This document shows positions 52,376 to 64,000 of a stretch of DNA of 64,000 nucleotides, piece by piece. The notes beneath the pieces were generated by a model. It was not told the origin of the DNA, ran no database searches, and saw only the letters and a list, made by a program, of their open reading frames with translations. Positions within the stretch are counted from its first letter, which is position 1. Each line of letters opens with the position of its first letter. The translations under genes and the position numbers were made by a program. Source of the DNA: the human T2T-CHM13v2.0 reference genome, Homo sapiens; assembly GCF_009914755.1 (NCBI RefSeq), contig NC_060933.1. One strand, given 5' to 3'.

Positions 52376-54917
52376 TTTTTAAAAATTTAAAATAAAGAAT
52401 TAGTGTAATTTTTAAGGTGTGATAATGGAGTTTTTCTCTTTCAAAAAAGAGAGTCCTTATCTTTTATGGAAACATAATAAATTATTGACAGATAATTTGA
52501 GACAATGTCTGGGATTTGCTTCAAATGATCCGGAGAGGTGGTGGGAGTGGGTGGGTAGAAAGTGGACTAAACAAGACTGGCTCATGTGGCTGTTAGGCTG
52601 GCCATGACCTCTCATGTCCCACTTCGCCTCGAGGCCCTGACTCTCCCCACCTCCTGGCTACACCTTGCATCCTTTCAACTTCAGCTCCTGCTGGTAACTA
52701 CCTCAGTTACTAACTCAGAAGTAGCAGGAACTTGGAGCCAGATGTCCCATCTCTTCTATAATTACATCTGACAGCTCAGGTTACTCTCTGCAGCACAGAA
52801 ATAATACTCTCCATGCATCTGACAGGCTTAATTTAGCTAGATGTCATTCAAACTTTTCTCATGGGCAGAAACCTGTTCTCAAAATAAAATCATACATAAA
52901 ATGTCTGTATATGAACATATGAAAGTTGAGCCACTTTCATGGACACTGCTCAGCCCTCTCCAGACCTGTGCCTCTGCCTCAGTACTCAAGGGTTCTGCAA
53001 AAGAGAATGTGAAAACCACACATCTGTGTGCTAGTTCATGTCCAAGAAAGTGCATGTTCTAAGACCAGCTGGGAGGGATGATAGATGTGGGGCTATACCA
53101 AAGAAGCGCTCCTCCTTGGAGCGTGGCTGGACTGAGCATGATGAGAAATGAGGCAGGAGAAGATACAGTCAAGGGTCTGTAATCTGACTTTGGGCACAGC
53201 TTCTGCGCCAGTCTATGGTCATGTTTTTCCTCCAGATCTGCTATTGTGGAGCCAGCCTCGGGCAACTTCATCCTCACTGTGAGACCTGCCCTACTCTTGC
53301 CCACTATGGTAGTTTGCCCATCCTACCTTGATATGCAAAGGCATTTTGCATTCAGGCTGCCCCTACTCACAGTCACTTTCATTTTTCCCTGTACATGAGG
53401 ATTTATTGTGTCACTGATTTACCAATGAGTCCAACCCCAGCATATGTCATGCTTTACAGAAAGTCTATGAGTTTTCTTATTTCTAAGAACTGGATAAATA
53501 TTGGTCAGGTTCAGGACAGCTTACCATGTATAGGAGAATCATTTATTTGGGAACTTCTGATTTAGTAAGTGCTAAGCTACCTGGAACGATTCATGATTTC
53601 CTTCTATTAGAAGTATACCTGGGATGTGCCTCCTAAGGCCCAAGATTCTTTGTCAAAAAATAGCTGAAGAAGAATGCTATAGATATGGATCTTAAGGGCT
53701 GAACTTTCTGGATTCTTACTAGTATATTATGTTAATGCACAGTCACAATTTTTCTCTTTGTCAACTTTAACATATATTCATCAGCTAACAAATTTAGCTG
53801 TAGTACTCGTGAGGTCAAAAACTTGAGGCTTCTTATTAGTAGTTGTAATTGTGGTTGTTGCTTTTTAAAAGACTTTATTTTTAAAGTTTTAGATTTACAG
53901 GAAATGTTACTGTTTTAACCTACACATGGTCCTTGTGTTAATGGCACAGGATCCTTTTTTGTTGTTGCCGTTATGGATGTAACTAAATATTCAATCCATT
54001 CAAGCCTAAGAATATCGATCTCTCTAAGACTTTAAAAACATCTTTTTTGTTTTTAACGCCCCTTTTATTTACCCTTCTTGGCTTCCTTAACAGTAAGAAG
54101 CCAGAGAAGCTAAATTGTCTGCCTGATTGCTTAAAGCAGTGCTTGCCAAACTTCACTGAATAGCACACATAGCAAATTACAACATTTGTACAGCCAGCTT
54201 GGATAACCAGGAGAGGCATCTCCAATCTAAACTGACCTGGGGATTCTGGTTCAAGAAGAGCCTGAGGGGATCATATGTCCTTATATCTATAACTCTTCCA
54301 CACCACACGTGGTGGAAAGCCCAAGAGGACTAGGATGGTGGATGGAACAGGAAACAGTTCATGGTGACAGGTGGTCCAAACACACCATGCTACATGCTCT
54401 AGGGCAGCAGATGCTAGTATTTGAGAGTACTGACTTTGTTAGTCATATCTGAGTTTCTATCTGGGCTTTATCTTGTTGTCATTCATTCATTTATTCATTC
54501 ATGGAATGTGTCAAAGGATACCAGCAATAGAGTGAAAAGACAACCCAAAGAAAATAAAGTATTTCCAAATCATATCTAAGAGATTAATACCCAAAATATA
54601 AAAATAAGGTTTAACAAAAACAAACAACTGAATTAAAAAATGGGTAATGACTCGAATAAACATTTCTCCAAAGAAAATACACAAATGGCCAATGAGCATA
54701 TGGAAAGATGCTCAACATCACTAATCATTAGGGGTATGATTAGCAAATCCAAACCACTTCATACTGGTTAGGATGGCTATTACCAGAGAAATGAAAAATC
54801 AAGTGTTGGCAAGGATGTGGAGAAATGGGAATCCTGGTGTATTGCTAGTGGGAATGTAAAGTGGTGCAGTCACTGTGGAAAACAGCAATGTCAGTTCCTC
54901 AAAAAGTTCAACATAGA

Positions 54918-55293
<376 letters not shown>

Positions 55294-55536
55294 TCACACC
55301 CATGTTAATAGCACATTATTCACAATAGCCGAAAGGTAGAAACAACCCAAATGTTCATCAACAGATGAATGGATAAACAAAATATGGTGTAGATATACAA
55401 TGGAATGTCATTCAGCCTTAAATAGGAATGACTTTCTGGATGTATACTATAAGATGAATGAAACTTGAAAACATTATGCTAAGTGAAATAAGCCAAACAC
55501 AAAAGGACAAATATTTTATGATTCCACTTACATGAG

Positions 55537-55963
55537 TGTGTTAGTCCATGTGCATTTCTATAAAAGAATACCGGAGACTGGGTAATTTATAAAGAAAAGA
55601 GGTTTGGTTGGCTCACTGTTCTGCAGGCTGTAAAGGAAGCATGGCACTGGCATCTTCTCAGCTTCTAGTGAGGGCCTCAGACAGCTTACAATCATGGCAG
55701 AAGGTGAAGGGGGAACCAGTGCATCAGACAGCAACAGAGGGAGCAAGAGAGCATGGGAGGAGGTGCCAGGCTCTTGAAACAACCATCTCTCATGTGAACA
55801 AATAGAACAAGAACTCACTCATTAACATGTGGAGGGCACCAAGCCATTCCTGAAAGATCTACTACCCCCATGACCCAAACATCTCGCACCAGATCCCATC
55901 TCCAACATCGGGGATCACATTTCCATATGAGATTTGGGTGGGACAAATCTCCAAACCGTATCA
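55537..55963 (-). mobile_element. MST (MSTA/B-like) solo LTR
   Basis: tgtgttagtcc...ccaaaccgtatca; perfect TSD ATGAG (55532-55536 and 55964-55968). Confidence 0.9.
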
Positions 55964-56229
55964 ATGAGGTACCTGGAATAGTTAAATTTGCAGAGACAGA
56001 GGGTATAACAGAGGTTACCAGGGGCTGGGAGAAGGGGAAAATGGGGAGTTATTATTTAATGGGATAATGAAAAAGTTCTTTGTGATGACTGAAAGCTCTG
56101 GAAATGGGTAGTGATGATAATTGCACAACACTGTAAATGCATTTAATGATGGTAGATTTCATGTTCTGTAAAAAAGTTTTTTTAAAGATGAAATAAACAT
56201 CTTCAGATATATGAAAGCTTTGAGAATTT

Positions 56230-56432
56230 ATTAGGCACTATGCTTGAAGCTTTATTTGTACTGTTTTACTTAATTCTAATAGTTCTATAAAGAAGATATA
56301 AGCTCTATTGTATAGTTGAGGAAACAAAGACTTGAAAGACAGACTTGCCTAAGGTCAAAGACCTAGTAAGCGGGTAAACAGTGATTTAAACCTAGGCCCC
56401 CATATTTCTAAAACCCATGGCTTTTCCACTAT
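56230..56432 (-). mobile_element. MIR
   Basis: tgaggaaacaaag...acttgcctaaggtca...gatttaaacctagg. Confidence 0.65.
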
Positions 56433-57649
56433 ATTATTTTTTTAAATTAGGTTGTAAACTCCTAAAGGCTATGATTACTATACTTTCTCCGGTTTTATAA
56501 TATCCCTCCCTTGACTTCTAATCACATCCAATAGCACATAGCACTCTTGACTGAAAATGTTAAGACAATTTATTATTCCTACTGGAAATTCCAAATACTC
56601 AGACACTTTTAAGTAGGTAAATTACATATAATTCACCATTTTATATCCAAAATTTGATTATTTCTCCTTTTAAATCTTTTTATTTCAAAATATAAAACTG
56701 TTTTTATCAAAAATAAAATATGCGTTGATTTTTAAAATATTTTAAAAGTCCAGCCAAGTAAAAATGTCCTCATAATCTTATGTCCCAGAGATAATCCTCC
56801 AAACCATCATGTGAAAATTTGATCATTTTAACTTCATGCCAACTTATATAGTTTTGCAAATTAAAAAATAATAATTATAATTCCTGTTTCAGTCCCTCTG
56901 GTTGAAATTAGCAACCACTACTGAAACAAAAAATTTAAAAGTCACACATTCAAAGTTTACAAAGCTAAGTATAAAAGAAATATAAGTAAACTTTTAAGTT
57001 TTTAGCATTTGTAACTCTGAGATAAATCTTAAAAGTTCACTAAGATTTTTGACATACCTGTATTTCTAAGTCAGTACATAAAATTTTACCTTATATTTTT
57101 AACTACCAGATACCTTATTTTGAATAGCTGTGTCACAGTTCAAGGTCTCAGGGAGACCTCGCTTTGGTTTCCATCTTTATGAATCGAAATATTTCTCTCC
57201 TTATTTTTCCTTTAATCAGGAGAAGGGGGTTTGGTAAGCTGAGACATCTCCTTTGAGGATGCAAGGGTCTGTGGAAGGGTGGAAAAGCAGAGAGGAAAAG
57301 GCCTCCCAAGACACAAGACCCACACATTCCTGCTCACATGATCTTGCTTTCACTTCTGGATTGGGTTGCAGGTGCTGCTCAGCTAATACACCACACAGGC
57401 TGCAGGGAGGCAGAGCTGGCAGCGGAGACCTATTGGATCAGGGAATCACCCTCCCTAGCTACTCCCGCCTTAGAAAGAGCTTCAGTGGTCCAGGATGCTT
57501 TTGCCAAGCTAGAAGCCTATGCTTTGTCAACAGATTCTTAAAGCACAAAATCTGGTTTAAAAGCTTCTCACTTCAGACTTAGTTAGGTGACTCCTACAAT
57601 ATAACGCAGTAACTACGCAAGCTTCACTTGGTCAACAGGTCAAAACTAA

Positions 57650-58460
57650 AACTTACAAACTGAGCATCAATAACGGTAATAATTGTTGTGGATTGAAACA
57701 TATTAAATATGTTTATAACTTTGAGTTCATAATGATGCCATCACTTCTTGGCCTTTTGGCTAAGATCATATAATGATGGGAAAAAAAACAACAACCCTAA
57801 TTGTTAACCTGTGGAAGATGCTAAGGAACCAACTATTTATTTTGAAAAGTAGTAGTAAGTAAACTGCAAGGCTCAAACATTTATCCTGAGTTTACAATAC
57901 AAACTGTACTATTGGATAGCTAAATACCAGATGAGAAGACGTGTCTTTTGATATAATATGCAAAAAAGTAAATAAAGAAGAAATGATAGAATTGGAATAC
58001 CATTTTGCAATATCTAATGAATTAAGGATATAAACATTGAGCTCCAGGGCTGCTGACAATGCAAACCAGACAGTATGTGCCTCTTGGCGAACAGCCCAAC
58101 ATCAACTTTGAAGCACTCTTCATTCTAAAAAATCAAACTTCATTCTGATTATCCTTTAGATCCAACTACTGATGTGTTGAAAGTATAGAGGACAGAGATG
58201 CACATTTGGGTGATAAAGCTATAAATAAAAATAAGGAAGCAATTCCCCAAAAGGTTAGGACCGTGATTACTCTTAGTGAGGTGCAGGGGCCTGTATTTGG
58301 GAGGGGCCTCATAGAGAACTTCTGGGATGGCTGGTAAGGTTCTATCTCCTTTCATGGGTGCTGGTTAAAAGAATGTTTGCCCTCTAATGATTCATTAAGT
58401 GGCACATTTGTTTTATGCCTTTTTCTGTGTATGTGTTATTTTTAACAATAAAACACTTCT
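57650..58460 (+). mobile_element. L1MC/MD-like 3' fragment
   Basis: ggaagatgctaaggaaccaac, gagaacttctgggatggctggtaaggttcta, ttttaacaataaaa end. Confidence 0.6.
57740..57768 (+). pseudogene. RNU2 (pseudogene): U2 snRNA 5' fragment (nt 1-29), 3'-truncated retrocopy
   Basis: ATCACTTCTTGGCCTTTTGGCTAAGATCA versus U2 ATCGCTTCTCGGCCTTTTGGCTAAGATCA (2 CpG transitions); flanking direct repeat ATAATGATG. Confidence 0.9.
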
Positions 58461-58774
58461 AAAACTAAGTTAAGTCTGAAGACAATTTTGGCAGATTTAG
58501 GTTTGCAGTGATATATAGGGAGCAGAGTCAAGAATCAGTTCCAAGAGAGCAGGGTGGACAGAGGCATCATGTTCCAAGGGTTCTTCCAGAAAGCAAAGGG
58601 AAGCCCCAGCTGCCTGCTGGGAAATAACAGCCATGAGCTGTAGCTCAGGCTCTGGGGACCAGAGGAGAATGGAGGAATTCTGGGAACTGTTGGCTAGAGG
58701 GAAATTGGTAGAGAAGGTGCCTAGACTCATAAAATGTTAAGAAGGACAATATGATATGGCTTTGGATTCCATCA

Positions 58775-59645
<871 letters not shown>

Positions 59646-60630
59646 AAAATCTTAAGTTTAACAACCTAACATCACAACTAAAAGAACTAGAAAACCAAAA
59701 GCGAACAAATCACAATGCTAGCAGAAGACAAGAAATAACCCAAATCAGAGCTGAACTGAGGGAGCTAGAGAAACAAAAAAACCATTCAAAAGACAAACAA
59801 GTCCAGAAGCTGGTTTTTTGAAAAAATTAATAAAATAGATAGACCATTAGCTAGACTAGTAAAGAAGAAAAGAGAAGATTCAAATAAACACAATCAGAAA
59901 CAACAAGGGGGATATACCACTGACCCCACAGAAATACAAACAGCCATCAGAGAATATTATGACTAACTCTATGTACATAAACTAGAAAATCTAGAAGAAA
60001 TGGATAAATTCCTGGACACATACCCCCTCCCAACACTGAACCAGGAAGAAACTGAATCCATGAACAGACCAATAAAGAGTTCTGAAATTGAGGCAGTAAT
60101 AAACAGCCTACTAACAACAACAACAACAAAAAAAGCCCAGGACCAGGACCAGACAGGTTCACAGCTGAATTCTACCAGATGTACAAAAAAGAATTTTTAT
60201 CATTCCTAATGAAACCATTCAAAATTTGAGGTGGAGGGGGGCTCCTCCATAACTCATTCTATGAGGTCAGCATCATCCTGATACCAAAATCTGGCAGAGA
60301 TACAACAAAAAAAGAAAACTTCAGGCCAATATCCTTGATGAAGATCCATGCAAAAATCCTCAACAAAATACTAACACACTGAATCCAGCAGCATATCAAA
60401 AAGCTTATCCACCATAATCAAGTAGGCTTTATCCCAGGGATGTAAGGTTGGTTCAACATATCTAAATCAATAAATGTGATTCATCACAAAAACAGAACTA
60501 AAGACGAAAACCTCCAGGATTATCTCCATCGATGCAGAAAAGGCTTTCAATAAAATTCAGCATCCATTCATACTAAAAACTCTCCGTAAACTAGGTTTTG
60601 AAAGAACATACCTCAAAATAGGAGTCATCC
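59646..60630 (+). mobile_element. L1P(B) ORF2 internal fragment
   Basis: [25 protein letters not shown], aactcattctatgagg, ttcaggccaatatcc; no 3' UTR or poly(A). Confidence 0.9.
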
Positions 60631-60919
60631 TAATACATAAAGGTGGATATGTAAGAAATAAAATGTTTTATTTTTCTCTTATCCAACCTCATTCTTATTT
60701 GAAGATTTTATTTCATCAGAGTGGCAGAAACAAGATTTCGGCAAATCTGGATTCTCCTCTCCTTTTTCCAGAGCTGTATCTAAATCCCTGAGGCTTATAA
60801 AGTGTGAAGACCTGGAGAATGCAGTGGTACATTAGGATCTGTCTCTGCCTCCCTGATAGCCCTGGAATCATCCAGAGGCTGAACTGGCTACTGGACTAAA
60901 AACATTGGTGCTGAGATAA

Positions 60920-61170
60920 TATAGTAATAATGACAGATTATCTTTTCATAGTGGTTACCATGTGCCAGGAATTAACTAAACACTTTGCATACATTCATTC
61001 ATTAATTTAATTTAAACAGCAACATTCAAGGTGGCACTCTCTTAACAAATGAAGTCAAATGACACATAAGTTGCCTGATTTGTACAAGGTCACAAAGGCT
61101 GGTGAATGGCAGAGCTAGTACAGGAACCCATGGAGTCTGGCTCCAGAGTCTGCATGTTTAACAAGTCCAT
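60920..61170 (-). mobile_element. MIR
   Basis: ccatgtgccagg...caaggtcaca...gaatggcagagc...gtctggctccagagtc. Confidence 0.65.
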
Positions 61171-61905
61171 CATACTATTCCTCAGGCTTGTCTGTGAGAC
61201 TCCCTTCAAGAGGTCAGCAATCACTGCTGTTTCCCTGACACACTTGAGGTCTCAAGAATTTTTCTGTTGCTTCTATCTCTGGAACCCTGTTTTGGGTATG
61301 CTCTGTTTGCTGGTCAGGCACGCCACCCAGAAATTGGGCAGAGGACCACTTGCCTTTCAACTCTCATCTACCTCCTTTTCTTTTTCTCTGACCTTCCCTG
61401 GGGAATCCTATTCTAGTCTCTAGGGGGAAAGCATTCTCTCTATTAATATTGCTGTTTTCTTTAAACAATTTGTTTTGTTTTCAGACTTTGAGTTTTTAGA
61501 AGGCAAAGCAAGAAATAGTCTCCTGAAAGTATTTGTGTAAAAGAAAGGGGAATGGTAGGAAGTTAGGGAAGAAGACAGAGGGAAATATCAAAAAGAAAAA
61601 AGAAGCTAGGTAAAACATTCTGCCAGAGTGGCCTCTGGTTAAAGTGAGTCGATTTGACTACCACGTTTATTGTCTTTCTGAGTACTGCTAGTTTTCTCAG
61701 GGTGTCCCTAAAGACATTTCATAAGTGTACTCAACCAATCATCAACAATGCTTTGTTCTGTTCCCTGGAGTTACTGGATGTATACTTTTTAGTATCCTGG
61801 ACTACCATCTCATCACTGTTGTAGTGTGGCTTTAGTCATTCTTTCTCTGTCACAGCATTGAGGTAGGAAAAGGGCGCTGTTTTTCAAAAAGCTGGGAGTC
61901 TAGTT

Positions 61906-62342
61906 TGGTAGATTGATTACAAAATGGCCTCTCTATTCTACTTTCTTATACTGATGCCCATTGTGATAAGACTTTGAAACCACTCTCATCAGAAAGTGAA
62001 GTCTACTTCCCTATTTCTTGAATCACGGCTGGCCTATGACTTGTCTAAGTGGCAGAAGAGTCTGTGCTCTTTCCCTAAGCCAAAGGCCTCAAAGCCCTTG
62101 CCCAGTTTACTCTCCCTTGCTCCTCTGCCTGCACCACAGGACAACGTAGCAAAGCCATTCTTCCCAGCTGAGGCTGTCTTCATCAACCAAAGGTCAGTCA
62201 ACCACCAACAGGTGAGTCCCAGCTATGACAGAACCACTGACAAGATCAGCAGAATCCACAGACTTGAAATAAATGGTTGTTTTGAGCCACTGAGTTTGGG
62301 AATGGTTTGTTATACAGCACTATTGTGGCAAGAGATAAGTGC
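61906..62342 (+). mobile_element. MLT1 (F/G-like) solo LTR
   Basis: ggtagattgattacaaaatggcc...aataaatggttgttttgagccactgagtttggg...gttatacagca. Confidence 0.75.
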
Positions 62343-63378
62343 TCCAACTGTGAACTCTCAGTTTCTTAAAAGGTTCCTGGTTTGGGGACTGTATCTGTTT
62401 TTAAAGCTCACCTACATCAGTACTCTGGCACAAATCCCTTAAAAGACAGAGTTGAGAGATAAGAACACCCCACCTTAGGGCAGGGGTATAGGAACCTAGG
62501 AACTACTTTTGTGCTGTGAGCGGAGAGCAAAGACTCAACTTACCCATTTCAAATATTGCAAAACATTGTCAGCCTTTCCTTAAAGCCTTGGGACCATAAC
62601 AGTTCACTTCTGTTCTTTTCTCTTTGGTCTGAGACAAGTAAAGAGGTATTGCTTGGTTTCACCAGAAATACCAACGTGGGCACTGGAATCCCAGACCCTA
62701 GTTTGAATATGACTGTTAAAATCATCTACTGTTGTTTCTCTTTCCGCAGTAGACCAGCCACTCTTCAAGGACCAAGACCATTCATCTGTGTCCTCAGAAC
62801 CCAGAAAAATGCCTGGTACAGATAAAATATTCAGTATATGAATTAAATAATAAATAGATCAGGAGTGTCAAGACATTCAAATCTGAGAAATGGTAGGTAG
62901 ACGAGAGTGTGGCAATCAGAGACTGCAAATGTTAAGACTGGCTCACAAAGGAAACTGGGATTTCTAGCGGGGAGGAGAAACTGGTAAGGCAGGATGTGGT
63001 CAAGAATAGTCAATAGGGCCTGGCTAATGGTGTCAGATGCAGATGCTATGAAAGATGTGGAACTGGTAATTGCTTAATCAGAGAGTACTGGTTAAAATAC
63101 AGGAAATCTGGGGTAATGAGGCAGAGAACCAGGATACTTTGAGGTCAGGGATGAAAACTAGAATTTTTTTCTTTTTTTTTTGCCTGAGAAACTTGCTGCT
63201 TTCAAGAGGCCCATGTATTAATTGCTTTGATCTTCCTTTTCTTACAGCTCTTTCAAGGGCAGAGCCCTCCTTATCCTGAAGGAATCTTATCCTTAGCTAT
63301 AGTATGTACTCTCTGCTACAAAAAAGGAAGAAATCTTGAGGCCTATTGGCATTCTCCCTGAACATCATGAAGGTCCTC

Positions 63379-63701
63379 TGTGTGTGTGTGTGCGTGTGTG
63401 TGTGTGTGCATGCACGTGTGACGGGGTCTTGCTCTATCTCCCATGCTGTAGTGCAGTGGCACAATCATGGCTCACTGCAGCCTTGACCTCCTTGAGCTCA
63501 GGTGATCCTCCTACCTCAGACTCCAGAGTATCCGGGACGACAGGCATGCACCACCATGCCGGGCTAATTTTTAGGTTTTTTTGTAGAGGCAGGGTTTCGC
63601 TGTATTGCCCAGGCTGGTCTCGAACTCCTTGGCTCAAGTGATCTGCCCACCTCCACCTCCCAAGGTGCTGGGATCACAGGCATGAGCCACCATGCCCAGC
63701 C
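63379..63701 (-). mobile_element. Alu (AluJ-type) with a (CA)n microsatellite in place of the A tail
   Basis: (TG)n 63379-63420 directly followed by acggggtcttgctc...gagccaccatgcccagcc. Confidence 0.9.
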
Positions 63702-64000
63702 AAATGTTCTCATTAATATGGTAAACAAAAATTGCTAATGGCCCCTTGAATAACTGAGATATAATTTTGTTAATTAAGGTTAATTTTTGTCGCCATATTT
63801 CTGGATTTCACAGAACTATAATTTGTTGTTACTGTAGTTGGGTTTGGAGGACTGACATAGGGTTGCAAACATCTCTTTTAACAATCAAGTAGGAATGGAA
63901 TAATGTCATAATAAACATCAGTATTTACCAAAAGGGAATAGTTGGCCACCTTTCACTCATACATGTATATTGCATTGTCCTCATTTTTCTCATTTTTGTC

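Noticed and set aside
57200-57582. Acceptor-like tttaatcag with nearby gtaagc and a 109-aa ORF as a host exon
   Set aside because: The implied exon is only 14 nt, the ORF starts at TTG, and the peptide resembles nothing I recognise.

Overview
This is primate, very likely human, nuclear DNA made up mostly of interspersed repeats. I find no intact cellular gene, RNA gene, CRISPR array or prokaryote-like system. The window is dominated by two near full-length but defective endogenous retroviruses, both on the + strand. The first is a class I HERV-I/HERV-IP-type provirus with LTR10-family LTRs (7846-16997; gag-pro-pol-env). The second is a class III HERV-L provirus with MLT2A LTRs (28303-34695; gag-pro-pol-dUTPase, no env). 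Around them lie about 20 Alus, L1/L2/MIR fragments, solo LTRs (LTR1-like, LTR8A with a nested LTR, MER52A, THE1, MST, MLT1), hAT MITEs and a 29-nt U2 snRNA retro-fragment. Most ORFs in the track are repeat-derived noise. The most interesting signals are: a codon-phased 66/72-bp minisatellite expanding the Pro-rich region of the HERV-I gag; a tRNA-Lys-like PBS and missing TSD on that provirus; a p53-like site only in its 3' LTR; a deletion fusing a DUX4-motif-bearing HERV-L U3/TATA directly onto gag; a 156-bp integrase segment copied into the HERV-L dUTPase region; two very tightly spaced inverted Alu pairs; and a cluster of three perfect AT palindromes. Repeat subfamily names come from recalled consensus sequences, not a database search, and mismatch counts are by eye.
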